NCBI GenBank assembly: GCA_964036045.1
Contig: OZ038378.1
Location: forward strand, 64,294,001 to 64,358,000
DNA: 64,000 nt
Direction: 5' to 3'
From: Eutreptiella sp. 'Long Island Sound 2002'
Lineage: Eukaryota; Protista; Euglenida
Shown in pieces: positions 24,701 to 44,783 of the stretch. Within the stretch, counting starts at the first letter, position 1. Each line of letters starts with the position of its first letter. A program made the position numbers and the translations under genes. A model generated the notes under the pieces. It saw nothing but the letters and a program-made list of their open reading frames with translations, was not told where the DNA came from and did no database searches.

Positions 24701-25247
24701 GGAATTGTTGCAACCCCCTGCTCGAACCCACTGGTAGAACCCGGTCTCCGCTGCAACCCTTGCTTGAATCCCTTCCACCGCTCCAAGCCCCTTGCTAGAA
24801 CCCTCTTCCAGCGTACGATTCCAACGTTGAAACCCGTTCCAATAACCCTTCAAGCACTGGGACGCCAACTCGTTTTCCAACTTGAACTCGAAATATGACC
24901 AGCCCCTAGGTTTAGGCACAAGCACAGCGAGACGCACAAGTTGGTTGGTCACTGAGCCAACAATGTTCATTGGACTCTTGGTCAACAATCACCACTGGTT
25001 CCACTCCGAAACCCGGGGCTCCACCCCTCCACTTGAATCGATTCCCAAATTATAGACATTAGATTTGCAGCTCATTGTGAATAACAGTCATAGGATTTTG
25101 GTTCAACGAATGCATGCAAGCGTGTAGGACGGAAATCGCAGTGTTGTCCGCAAGGGGTAGACTACGTAAAGCCACCCCCTCGTACCACCACCTTGTTAAC
25201 CTTGTTAAGTTGGTATAACAAGTTGGTATATACCTTGTATACCAGTT
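21733..25247 (-). mobile_element. ~3.5-kb TIR element with decayed transposase-like sequence, inserted in repeat family B
   Basis: CAACTGGTATACAA (~21756) is inverted to TTGTATACCAGTTG (25234-25247), with AAGTTGGTATAAC subrepeats at both ends. An ~85-bp unit is split across the element. The minus strand at ~23100-23400 reads PHAWVH...QKYCNLYVFGT...EKRHKPFK. Confidence 0.5.
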
Positions 25248-28200
25248 GAAGCGTTGGGGACCCCCCAAACGGCAAAGGTTATATAGCCACCAGGCCCACA
25301 TTTGGGCCACGTCTAATTTAGTCCCCCGGTTCAAAGTGTTGGGGACCCCCCCAGATGGTAGGGTTTATGTAGCCAGGAGGCTCACATTTGGGCGAGTTGT
25401 GGTTTTGTCCCGCGCTCTTATACGTTGGGGACCCCACGGACGGCAGGCGATATGTAGCCACCAGGCCCACATTTGGTCCATTTCTGATTTGGTCCCCCGC
25501 TGTGAAGCGTTGGGGACCACCTTGACGGCAAGGGTTATGAGGCCCCCGGGCCCACTTGTGGGCCACTTCAGATTTTTTCCCCCGCTTTGAAGCGTCATGG
25601 ACCCGGCCAGACATCAGGAGCTATGTAACCACCAGGCCGGCATTTGGGCGACTTCGGATTTTGTCCTGCGCTCCAAAACGTTGGGGACCCCGGGCGGCAG
25701 GGGTTATGTAGCCTCCAGGCCCACGTTTGGGCAAGTTCCAATTTTCTCTTGCGCTCCGAAGCATTGGATGATCCCAAACGGCAAGGGTTATGAAGCCAAC
25801 GGGACCTCTTGTGGGCCACTTCTCGTTTGGTCCCGCTGTGAAGCGTTGGGGACCCCCAGACGGCATGGCCCAAATGTGGGCCTGGTGGCTGCATAACCCC
25901 TGCCGTCTTGGGGGGTCCCCAACGCTTCACAGCTAGAGACAAAATCAGAAGTGGCCTAAATGAGGTTCTGGTGGCTACATAACCCATGCCGTCTGCGGGA
26001 TCACCAACACTTCACACCAAGATACAACATCAGAAGTGGCCAAAATGTGGACCCGGCAGCTACATAACCCATGCTTTCTGGGGGTTCCCAAACACTTCAA
26101 AGCGGGGTAGAAAATCCGAAGAGGCCAAAATGTGGGCCCGGTGGCTACATGACGTTTGCTGTTTGGTGGGTTCCTAACGCTTCAGAGCGGGGGACAAAAT
26201 CACAATTGGCCAAAATGTGGGCATAACCCACTTCCAGCTTTATCCCTTGCTCTGAAGCGTTGGGGACCCCCCATACGGCAACGGAGAAGTAGCCCCTAGG
26301 CCCACCTTTGGGCCGCTTTTGATTTTGTCCCCCGCTTTGAAGCGTTGGGGACCCCCGAGACGGCAAGGGTTATGTAGCCACCAAGCCCCCATTTTGGGCA
26401 ATTCTGATGTTGTATCCTCGTGTGAAGTGTTGGGGTCCCCCTGGACGGAAGGGGTTCTGCAGGCACCAGGCCCACATTTTGGCCTTTTCTGATTTTGTCT
26501 CCCACTAATATGTAGCTACCATGCCCAAATTTGGGCCACTTCTAATTTTGTCACGTGCTGTGAAGTGTTGGACGACCCCAAACGGGAAGGGTTAGGAAAC
26601 TGCCAGGACCACTTTTGGGCCCTTTCCGATTTTATTCCCTTTTGTGAAGCGTTGGGGACCCCCTAGACAGCAGAGGTCATTTAGCCACTAGGCCCACATT
26701 TGGCCCATTTGTGATGTTGTCTCCCGATGGGAAGCATTGGGGACCCCGCGAGACGACAACAGTTATATAGCCACTAGGCCCACATTTGGGCCATTTCAGA
26801 TTTTGACCCCCGTTGTGAAGTATTGGGGGCCCAAAAGGAAGAAATTATGTATCCACGACACCCACATTTGGGCCACCTTTGATGTTTTCTCCCGTTGTGA
26901 AGTGTTGGCGCCCCCCGAGACAACAGGGGTTATGTACTCACTAGGCCCACATTTAGGCCACTTCAGATTTTGTCCCCCTCCACGAAGCGTCTGTGGCCCT
27001 AGACGGCAGAGATTATGTATCCACGACGCCCACATTTGGGCCACCTTTGATGTTTTTCTGCCGCTGTGAAGCGTTGGCGACCCCCCAAGACGACAAGGAT
27101 TATGTAGCCACTAGGCCCACATTTAGGCCACTTCAGATTTTGTCCCCCTCCACGAAGCGCTTGGGGCTCCCGGACAGCAGAAATTATGTATCCACGCGGC
27201 CCACATTTGGGCAAGTTCCGATGTTGTTTCCTGCTGTGAAGCATTGGGGAACCCTAGATGATATGGGCAATGTAGCCACCAAGCCCGCATTGGGCGACTT
27301 GTGATTTGCACCCCCTCTGCGAAATCTTGGCAACCCCCCAAAGGGCATGGGTTATGTGGCCAGCGGGCCCACGTTTGGACCGGTCTTTGATTTTGTCCCC
27401 AGCTCTAGAACGTTGGGGACCCCCCAAGACGGCGGGGGGTTTGTAGCCATGAGGCCGAAATTTTGGCCACTTGAGATTTTTTCCCGCGCTATAAAGCGTT
27501 GGGGGCCCGAGACGTCAGAGGTTCTGTCGCCACGAGGCCCACGCTTGGGCCACTTCTGATTTGCTCCCCCGCTCTGAAGTGTTGGGGATCCCCCTAGATG
27601 GCAGAGGTTATGTAGCCACAAGGCCCACATTTGGGCCATTTCTGATGTTGTTTGCAGCTGTGAAGCGTTGGGGACCGCATAGATGGCATGGGTAATGTAG
27701 CCAGCAACGCCACATTTGCACTTTTTTTGATTTTGTCGTCCGCCCTTAGGGGTTGGGGACCCCCGAGATGGCATGGGTTGTGTAGCCACCATGCCCACGT
27801 TTGGGCTTTTTTTTATCTTGTCCTCTTCTTTCAAGCATTGGGGACACCCTCTAGACGGCGTGGGTTATGTAACCACCAGGCCCACATTTGCACCAAGTTT
27901 GATATTGTCCTAAGCTCTATAGTGTTGGGGGCGGGGGTTATGTAGCCATGAGGCCGATATTTGCGCCACTCGAGATTTTTTCCCGCGCTGTGAAGCGTTG
28001 GAGGCCCCACATGGCACAGGTTATGTAGCCACGAGGCCCACAATTGGGCCCCTCCGGATTTACTTCCTCGCTCCAAAGTGTTGGGGATCCCCTTAGACGG
28101 TAGAGGTTATGTGGCCACTAGGTGCACATTTGGGCCATTTCTAATGTTTTGTGCAGTCGTGAAGCGTGGGGGACCCCCTAGATGGCATGGGTAATGCAAC

Positions 28201-28545
28201 AAACAATCCCACATTTGCACCTCTTTTCATTTCGTCCTCCATTTTTAAGTGTTGGGGGACCCCCGTGATAGCATGGGTTATGTAGCCACCAAGCCCCAAA
28301 TTCGGCCTTTTTTTATTTTGTCCTCCGCTCTTAAGCGTTGGGGACACCCTCGAGACGGCATGCGTTATGTAGCCCTCGGGCCCAAATTCGGGTCTTTTCA
28401 TATTTTGTCCCCCGTTGTGAAGCGTTGGGGCCCCCAAACGGCGGAGGTGATGTACCCATTAGGCCCACATCTCAGTTGCTCCTTGGCTTTGCAGCGTTGG
28501 GGATCCCCCCAAACGGCAAAGGTTATGTAGCCACCAGGTGCTCTT
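25248..28545 (+). repeat. ~85-bp tandem repeat family B (~38 diverged units, with an internal inverted patch ~25870-26225)
   Basis: Approximate consensus GAAGCGTTGGGGACCCCCCAGACGGCAAGGGTTATGTAGCCACCAGGCCCACATTTGGGCCACTTCTGATTTTGTCCCCCGCTGT. About 1.5 further units lie at 21605-21732. Confidence 0.92.
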
Positions 28546-28559
28546 TTGCACCAAGTTCC

Positions 28560-28735
28560 ATTTTTGGTCCGAAAACGGCTCCTTTTCAAGGCATTTTGGG
28601 ATTTTGCATGCGCCAAAACGCGTGACCATGGGCTCAAAATGGGCCAAAAACACTTGTTTGAGCATCCCAAATGGTCGAGGATCAATGTTGCAAAAACGCG
28701 TTTTTGAGTCATTTTGGACCGGTTCAGCGCATGGC
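28560..28735 (+). repeat. Dispersed repeat at the end of the family-B array, homologous to 47335-47490 (minus)
   Basis: CACTTGTTTG(A/T)GCA(T/C)CCCAAATGGTC..GATCAAT...GTTTTTGA is shared in inverted orientation. Confidence 0.7.
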
Positions 28736-31112
28736 CCGCACCACATCTCTGCCCGATCTCACGATGGAGGATATACCCGCCAATTCCCACGTCGCTTCTT
28801 CACGGTGTCACACAAGCGGATCGCCGGTACACCTCATCCCGTGTTACCGCAGCGTAACACATTGGATGGACAAACCCGGTGATGGGCAATGCTAGCCAGG
28901 TCGGCCTCAGCACGCCTGACCTGTGGAAAAAGCAACAGTGACTGGGATGGAGTAGATGAACGGCGGCCACTTTGGCTGTTTGAACGAAGGGGAGGCCCCG
29001 AAGTGTAATTGCCTCGTCATGTGGGCCCACAAGGCCCAGCATCTCGTCTGGCTGAGAGGCTAGTGAGTGGTTTGTCTGTTTGAAAGAAGGGGTGCCCTGC
29101 CTTAGTGCACTCGACTCTGTTTGAAAGAAGGGGTGGCCCCCCTCAGTGGACTTGACTCTTTTTGAAAGAAGCCAATGCCTCGCCCTGTGCTGTACCACCT
29201 GTGGAATGAGGGCAATGGGAACAAAGGCTACGGGAACAAAATAAATAGCAGCGAACCTTGAGTGAAAGTTCACTGCAAGTTTGCTACAAGCTGTGGCTCC
29301 TTCAGTGAGCGCTCACTGGACATGTAGTGAGCGTTCCCTGCACGCTCACTGAAGGCACTAGAACTTATAGTGAGCCTGGAGATAGCTTGCAGTGATCTTG
29401 CAGCAACCGTCGGGGTTATATTTTGAGGTGCAAATGGGCACTAGTGTTGACATTACCCCCCTTCCCCCTACTACACAGTCTGTGCCATATGCCCCAAGCC
29501 TTGAAAACAAATTTTTGGGGACCGGTCCCGCGCCCAAACCGATAGCCCCCCACCCCCCCCCAAAAAAAACAGAAGCTTGGAATGTCTAGCCCTGGACTTG
29601 CTCAGCTCCCCCCCCCGCCCCCGCGCCAACAAACACTGCCAACCACCCGTTGCAAACAGCAACCCCCCCCCCATCCACATGGAAAACAATACCTCTAGCC
29701 GCCGTGAATGCAAAACAAGTACCTTAAGCCCCCCCCGCCCCTCGGAGGCTGCCAAAGGCAGCTATGCGCACCCGAGCAGCATCCCCCACATGCATGTGCC
29801 CTCCAAACACACCGTGACGTGCATCCAAACATTCAAACAGGTATACGATACGTTTCCTTTGAAGTGTGCGGGTGGGTAGGACCTCCTTTAGGAAACGATG
29901 CCCCTATTTGTCCTAGAGTGTTGCCATCTTGCCCGTTGGTGGCCCATTTTCACAAGACACCTCGGCCCGTCACCACAAGCGACGGCTAGGTGACTTGGAG
30001 GTGGTGGTGGCTGCCTGGCTAGCCGAGCGCTATGAAGCGCAACTCCAACAAGACGGTAGCATACTGCTGCACAATGGTAGCACACATCAAGCCCAAACCT
30101 CCAAAAAATCAGAGTCAAATGGAGGTGCCAGCAGACAACCTACCCCAAACACAACTCAAAAACCTACACACCCAAGTCCATCACCGGCAAAACCTTCAAG
30201 AAGAGTTCCTAAGTCCAAAAGAACTACTATGCCAGCACGACATCAACCCTCAAGCCAAGCACCATATCGTCTGCAACCACATCCACCCCAAGGAGGGCGC
30301 GGAAAGTCCACAAATAGAGACAATAACCACTCATCAAGAAAAAGGACAACCCCAAAAAGCAAGGGGCCACATTCCAAGAGACAATGTGCGAGGGGCAACG
30401 AGCAACGGGGTAGTCGCAAACGCCCTCAACCAGACCAAGATCCAGCAGCACCATCAAACGAACCCCCCCGGTCACGTCCTCAAACGGAGCGTGCCCCCGT
30501 GGATCATTTGGCTTTAACGAACAGAGAAATCGCCGAGTGGTCTACCCGGATCATAAATGAGAATCCCAATCTTCGCCGACGAAAGGCACATGCCTTGCAC
30601 TTCTTGGGTGCCCAAGATGCAACCGCAGTAAAGGGGCTATACCGCTCTTCATCTCTATCTTTATCCGGACAAGAACATGACCGACCCAATGGCGACGGAG
30701 AGATGCAAAATGTTGAGTGCGGCCAAAGATTTGTTTGACTAGCCCATTAGTCAGATTGCCACACTTAATGTGTCAGATGGTGCTTCACAAATGGACTTGG
30801 AAACCAAGTGTACTGTTAACCGAGTTACCTTCGTTTCCTCTCCAAGTCCGATTTCTGGGTGGCAAGGTGTTCCTTCGCGTAAGGATTTTTGCCAACAAGC
30901 TACCAACAACCACATGCATTTAGCACCACCACTTCCATTTGCCCCGATAATATGAAAGGGCAACCGTAATGTCTACCATTGGCCCCCTTTCCACAACGTT
31001 CTTTGCTTCATATGTTGACCAAGCGCGAAGTCCACCACACACCACTTGTGTCTTCTGAGAGTAATGTGCTACACCCCCTTCCTACCTTCGGCCATTTTTT
31101 TTTGGCAAACGC

Positions 31113-31250
31113 GTAGAAAGTGTCCCAAGTAACCACTCTTGGTCTTAGGTCCTTCCCTAGAAAGTGTCCCAAGGAACCACTCTTGGTCCTAGGCCCTTCC
31201 CTAGAAAGTGTTCCAGGTAGCCACTCTTGGTCTTAGGTCCTTCCCCAAAA
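31113..31250 (+). repeat. 44-bp minisatellite x3
   Basis: TAGAAAGTGTCCCAAGTAACCACTCTTGGTCTTAGGTCCTTCCC repeated with no unique spacers. Confidence 0.9.
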
Positions 31251-31795
31251 AGTCGTCCCTAGTTGCAACAGGTACAACAGGTCGTGGGCCCTTCCCTTCC
31301 CTTCCCCTCCGTGCCTCGCATTTTTTTTGGGGGGGAGAAGGCTTGTGCAAGTGGGGTGTACGCGGGGAGGGGTGATGTACCTTCATGATGGTGTGGTCCG
31401 AAGCCACCGCCCCGAGTTGCCATGGCCACACATCCACTTGCCTTCCAACCCCCCCTATATATGTGTGCGTATTGTAAAGCTAACCCCTTGTCCACCTCAC
31501 GAGCCTACCCCCCTGAGGTTCGCAGTACGGCTGCGAATACCCAAGATGATGCTACCCTCCCCTGTATTGGGGTGAGGGACAGTGCGAACTGTCGGATCAC
31601 ACCTTGGCCGCATAGCCAACCGTTCGGAGGTGACCGACAAAGGTGGTGGATCTGGGTCCACCAAGGGGGGGGGGGGGGAAGCTCTCCGCTTTTCACATTC
31701 CACACACCATAGGACGTGGTGAGAAACAAACCTGCCTTTCTTTTGGGTCACCTCAGACCAATAGCCACATGCGGCTTGGGAGAGGGGTCTAGATT

Positions 31796-38722
<6,927 letters not shown>

Positions 38723-41700
38723 GGCAGAGGAGGAGGACAGGAGGCCCACGAGGGCGGGTCATCGACTGGACTCCTTCCTGCTAAACTGGCCGCTGGTCCC
38801 GTGGGCGGCGCGTGAGCGCCTGGCGCCGGGACGGTCCCATGCGTCGCTGGGGTCGGATCATGGCCCCGTGGTCCTTGACATCCCGCTGGCGGTGGCCGGC
38901 AAAGAGAGGGTCACCAGGATGGCCTACTCGCACGCCCAAGGCAAGCTGCATGCCATACGCCCGGACTCCCCGGGGGTTCGTGAGGCGGCGGTAGTGGTAC
39001 TGCAGAAGGCCTGCGAGGATCGGACGCTGCGGGCCTGGGCCTCGTCGGACCAGGACACCGCCACCATGGGCATGTCGGAGGTGCAAGCGGTCTTCGACCT
39101 GCTCTACGCCTTCCGCGATGACGTGTCCAAGGTCACGGGAGTGCGCATGTCGTCGGGCATGGACCCGCAGTACCCGTATGGGCAAGCGGAGACGGAGGCG
39201 TCTCTGGCCCAGGTCCTCTCGGATCAGCAAGCCCTGGGCTGGTGCGCCCATAAGCTGTGGCAACGAGACGCGGCAACGGCCGGGCTCCACTCCCAGGAAG
39301 CGGTTGCCTTGCTGCGGCACCTCCGACAAGTGGACCCCTACCTGTCCCATGCCACGGTAGAGGACCTGCGCGCCGCGTTGGATCAGCAGCTCCACCAGCT
39401 AGAGACTCGCGTGGAGGAGCTGCGGGGTGTCCTTAGGAGCAACAGGCGCAGGTTCATAAAGGACTATTGGCGGGGCAAGGTACCGGACCTGCAGCTCTGA
39501 TGGACAGCGATACGGGGGGGCCATCAACGTGGTGAAGTATGCCCCGTCAGGCATGTGGTCCGTGCGCGTCCGGGAGTTAGAGAAGGTGCTCATGGAGGCC
39601 TCGGACGTCATCGGCGAGGTCCAGAGGTACTGGGAGGCGCTCTACGCCAAGCGGCCAGTGAACCTGCCGGCCTTCGAGCGGCTGGATCCGGGCCCACATC
39701 CCTCGGGGGGTGCCGGAGGAATGGAGGTCGGTGCAGGACTACACCCTGCAGGACCTCAAAGACGCCGTGAAGCAGGCCGTGGCAGACGACAAGGCTCGGG
39801 GGTCCAACCGAGTCACGGCTGCCCTCATAGCGGAGCTGCCTCAGCCGGTGCAGGGGCTCCTGGTGCACGCGTACAGGGCCATCCTGCGGGGTGCGGACGT
39901 CCCCGAATCCCGAGGCTCTTATCTGGCTAATGCCCACGGGCACGGCCAAAGGCAACCTGGACGAGTACAGGCCAATAGCGCTAGGGCAGCAAGACATGTG
40001 GATACTCATGACCCCCCTCATGGGGAGGTTCACGGCCGTCCTGGCACGCAAGGGACAGGCTGCGGACTGGCAGTTTCGGGCCATGCCAGGCTCCACGGCG
40101 GCTGCCCCGGTGTTCCTGGCCCAGCGCAGGCTGCAGCGCGGGCAAGAGGAGAACCACGTCTTGGCCTTGTGTCAAAGGCATTTGACACAGCACCGCATGG
40201 GGCGCTGGCGCTCCTCCTGCGCCTCATGGGAGTCCCGGAGGAGCTCATCAGGCTCTTGCACACCCTGAGCTGCGGGTCTCTTGTGCGCATCGTCACTTCG
40301 CACGGCCCAACGCCGAGCATTCGGCTCCACAGGGGCCTGCGGCAAAGCAGCGCGGAGAGCGCTGTGCTCTACCTTCTCCTCTTGGAACCTCTCCTGAGGA
40401 GCCTTGCCTGCAAGGCGCGGGGAGATACTCGCCATGCTGTCCCGCCCCTGGTGCAAGCGTGCTGTGATGACCTCCTGTTGATAGCGCACTCCTTGCCGCA
40501 ATTCCCGGAGTACGCGGCAGCGATTGCACAGTACCTCACGGACATGGGCATGTCCCTCAACATCAACAACTGCGCCTATGCCAATACTGCTCGCATCCCT
40601 TCGATCATGGTGTGCCTAAACCCGGGGAACGCGGCAGCCCCATGGGTGTGCTTACGCGCCAAGGGCACGGTGCTCTACTTGGGCCTACGCCTTGATCCCA
40701 GGGGGATAGCAACCATGAAGGAGAAACACGTACTCCGGTGTGAAGCTCCGCTTGGCTGGTGCAAGAACACGCTGCAGCCGGCGTCGGTACCCCATGAGGT
40801 GATGGCGGCTGTGGTTGGAGGCATCGTGCGGTACGCGGCGCCGTACCTGTCTGACACGGCGGAGGCAGTGGTCAAGCTGAATGCTGCCATCAAGGCTGCG
40901 GCCCTGCAATTCGAGAAGCTGCCCAAGGACCTGTCCAACGTGGCGGTGCGGTCTGGTCATGGATTACGGCTGGCGGACGTCCAGGTTATCTGCCGCGACT
41001 CCGTCGTAGCGACCCTGGCTCAACTCACGCACCACCGGTCGACGGCGGTCCGGACGGAGCTGCGAGCCATGCTTCGAGACATGCACTTGCAGTACGGAGT
41101 GTGCGGACGATTCCTGGTGCCCTCCGCGTCATTCGCCATGCACGGTGGCAGTACGTGGGTGGACAGAGTACTCCGGGCGATGGGGACATTGCGTGTAGGA
41201 CTCCTCATGCCGTCGTCAGTGTACTCGTGTGCGCACGCCCATCTGCCGCAGTTGCAGTCGGCGGGACGGAAGTGGGCATCCCAGTCCTACACCTTCAAAG
41301 GTAGAGACATCTGCGTTCTCTCGGGGCCCCGCACGGACGCGGCGGTACAGTCCCTGACTGACCCCGTAAATGACCTCCTGCATTCGCGGCTCCCCTGTCC
41401 TGTGCCTGGGCAGTGGGCCGTCCAGCTCCAGGAGTGTCATGAGGACCACCTGCACCTTCCTCACGCGGGAGTGGGGCCCAATCAGCTGGACCACGTGTGG
41501 TTCACGGGGCTCCGCGACGTCTTCGGGCAGCAGTTGCCTGGTCCATTGACTCACCGTCTAATTCACCCGGTGCGCCGCAAGAAGACCAGCAAACGCACTA
41601 GGCAGTCCGCTATAGGGGACGTGTATGTGGTGGGCGGGTACAGGGAGGAAGGATGGGACCCGGCAAACCCGGGGCAGTCCATGCCGTTCGTCCCGCTAGC

Positions 41701-44700
41701 CGCCCTCCTGTTCCTGCTGGGGGATGTCTTTGAAGGTTACCGACAGCAAAACGATCCGGCGTCTGTCCCCCTGCTCACGCCACATGCCGGGGGCGGCATC
41801 AACCCGTCACCCCTGCGGGTTGTGCACGGGCGGCTCGCATTTTCCAGGGCGTGTGCGGCGGTGCACGGGTGCAGCGAGTGGGCAATCGTCCTTCTGTTGC
41901 CAGCAGGCCCCGTCTCGAACGCTGATGAGTGCTCGGTCCCGGAGGTGGTTCGGATGTCCAACGTGCCACAAGATCCACATGTCGCCGTCACGTCGTTGCG
42001 TGACGGCGGGGCGGTGGAAGGGGGCTCTGTGGTGGTGTACCAGCTCTCCTGCTCAACGACGGTGTGGGGAGCAGAGTATACCACGGCCCTTGACGCCATC
42101 AAGTCGGTCTGCGGATGCGACCTGGCCTGGAGGCCACATGCTGTGTATCACTCGAAGCCGGTTCTGTCCCCGGAGCTCACGGCCTCCAGCGCGGCGTCCC
42201 TAGGAAAAGTTACACAGAGCCCCCACTCAGACGTGGTGTGGCTGGAACCCCGCCGGTACTGTTGGGTGCCGGTGGCGACCAAAGTCACGTCGTCTGACGC
42301 GTCGCCCCAGGGAGATGAGGCCACCAATGTGGCGGTGGCCAGCCATGGGAGCCCCACGTGGACGGGTGCCATCTACGGCACGGTCCCGGAGGCGGAGATC
42401 ATCGGCGCGGCGGCATACCTGTTGCACACGCCCCCGTTAGCGTGCACGGTGCACGTGGTGGATGTCTCCATCGTTGGAGCGCACCTACGCAGGGTACAGG
42501 AGACCCTCTACCGTGGCATCAAGGGGCCGACCTCGCATGTGGTCAACCAGCACGCACTGAGTTGGATAGTGGAGGGGCTGTGGCGGCTACCACGCAGAGT
42601 GGGGGGGCCACACCATTGGGTGGTGCGGCAGAGCTCGCACTTGGCGGCAGTCCCGCTTGAGGCGCCGGACTGTGCCGCAGCCCGTGCAATGGCCCCGCCT
42701 GTTCATCTCGTCCTGCCCAAGGAGCACGCCATCCTCTTGGTGCATGGAGATGATGGAGAGCTCGAGCCGCGTGTGCCCTCCATGCAAGGCCTTCAGCTCG
42801 TCAGGGAGATGGAGTGGCGCTCGCTGGCGGCGCGCACCAAGGCCCACACGCCACTGGCTGGCGCCTGCGAGGCGGTGCCCCTGGGAGCTGTGCACCACGG
42901 CCCAACGCACAGAAATATGCCGCGGGCACGTGACGGTCGCTTATCCACCATGCAAGTCATGCGACGGTGGAGGCGGAAGCTCACGCGTGTGGCAATACCG
43001 GCCCACCCCTTTATCTTTTGTGGGGGGCCGGAGGAGGACATTGGCCACATGCGCTTGCTGTGTACACGAGACCAGGAGGTGGCACGAGTCCTGTGCAGGT
43101 ATGTGGTGGAGTTCACGGCGGAGCTTCCCCTGACGGATAGGGCGGTGGAGTTCTTGGCGTGGAGGGAGCACGGCTGCAGGTGGACGGAATCCCTGATGGC
43201 GGGTGTCATCCCCAGGGACCTGAAGCGGCAGTTCGCGGCAGTGCGGGCGGCGTCGTCCCGGGGCCCTGCGAAGGCCAAGCTCTTTGTGGAGGACATGGTC
43301 CAAGTTGGGGAAGATGTGTATGCCCGCAGGAACCATCGGCTCACCGAGATCATGCAGCTGCCGATGCAAGATCGAAGGAGCGCGGTGTACGCGTTCCTGC
43401 GAGGTGATACACCCTTCTGCCCGCCGGCAGGGAGGGTCCGACGGCATCCGCCATGGAACCCGTTCGACGGCCTCCCTAGCGACCTGCAGGCGACCTTTCA
43501 GAGGGCACCGCTGCATGCGCTGTTGGTGCCCAGGTCGTACATCGCGCACGAGGAGGCCCTGTCCTTGTTCCCTCACTGGATGGCGGCGGTTGCGCAAGCC
43601 TACAGCCAGTGGATCGGTTGCTGGATAACTCGGGACTTCCCGGCATTCCGGGAGTGGTCCCGCGTGGTATCGGCGCAGTCGTGGGCCACGGTGAGTGGTA
43701 CCAAGGTGAGGGGCCCTGACAGCCAGAGTGATCCCTGGCTCCAGGTGTACGCAGACCATCCGGCTGTGGGGAATGTCATGGGCTGGCCTCGCGAGGTGCT
43801 GCCGGTCTTTCAGCAGCCTGTGTGCAGCCTCCCAGTTCTGGCGGTGGCTGTCGTGCTCGACGTGGGGACGTTGTGGCTGTATGACCGGCAGCTGCGACGA
43901 GCCATTCCGGCAGTCACGGAGCGGCGGTCCATGGCCGTGTTGGTGGGCTCCAAGCAGCTGGCAGGGATGCAGGGTGCCGACGCGCAAGGCCACGTCACGG
44001 AGGCCATGTTCTTTCTGCCTGAGGAGGACGACCACGTGGCTACCGATGCCCGTCACACCCTCGATACCCTGGGCCTAATGGCGGTCGTTGAGGCTCGGGC
44101 GGGAGGACAACGCTTGGTTCTCGCGTCCGCCAGGGGCCCGGGGCTGGACGGGGTTAATGTCATCGGTGAGATCGTGCGGGACTATGGTTGGGAGCTCCTG
44201 AAACATGGCACACACAGCCCCAAAGTAGCACGGCGGCCTACCGGTGATGCCCAACGGACAACCGATAATCCGCCCGGCGTCCACGTGGGATGAAGCGAGG
44301 CGCAGCCTGCTCAGTTGTGCCACTGCACGCGCGCTAGCAGGTGCTTTGCTCTGTCTTCAGGAAGCGTGGTGTGATGTGTGGCAGGACCTGTGGTCGCAGT
44401 GTTGTGATGGTAGCTGCGTTCCGTTGCGGTCCGTGCTCCCACAACAATGCCACGGGTGCAGAGAGACGGCGTCGGTTTGGGTTCATCAATGTGCCTCCGT
44501 CCCACTGTGCGGGACGTGTCGGGAGCGTGCCAGTAGGGGGTGGCCTAAGGCGAGGTGGGCGCTGCGGCATTCTGGACAGATGTCCTCAAGTGCCTGGAAG
44601 GCAATCCAGGGTGACCTGAAGAGCGTCCGGGTGGAAGGGGTGAGGTGCCCCGATGCGCCGACGGCAGCCCTGCCCCTACTGCTGTGGTGGGCAGCTCTGG

Positions 44701-44783
44701 AGGGCGACTCACGGGCTCTTTGGTTGTGGCATCACGGAGGAAATGGTGACAGCGCGGTGGGGGCCGGGGGTAATGCAGCTTGA
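38723..44783 (+). pseudogene. LINE-B pol: APE end, RT (~39780-40750), RNase H (~42280-42690), zinc knuckle (~43005-43065), C-terminal extension
   Basis: RT motifs KARGSN, YRPIALGQ, VSKAFD, GLRQSSAESAVLY, CCDDLLL and YLG. A stop at 39498-39500 and frameshifts near 39690, 39910, 40165 and 44240; the 1527-codon stretch 39710-44293 is open. Confidence 0.9.

Noticed and set aside
31113-31250. CRISPR-like periodicity (44-bp units; also the 85-bp and 99-bp arrays)
   Set aside because: The whole unit repeats with no unique spacers, there are no cas genes, and the context is eukaryotic.
42941-44056. Long antisense ORFs over the LINEs (e.g. 42941-44056 minus, 1995-2798 minus, 35435-36073 plus)
   Set aside because: These are shadow frames of GC-rich coding sequence with no recognisable motifs.
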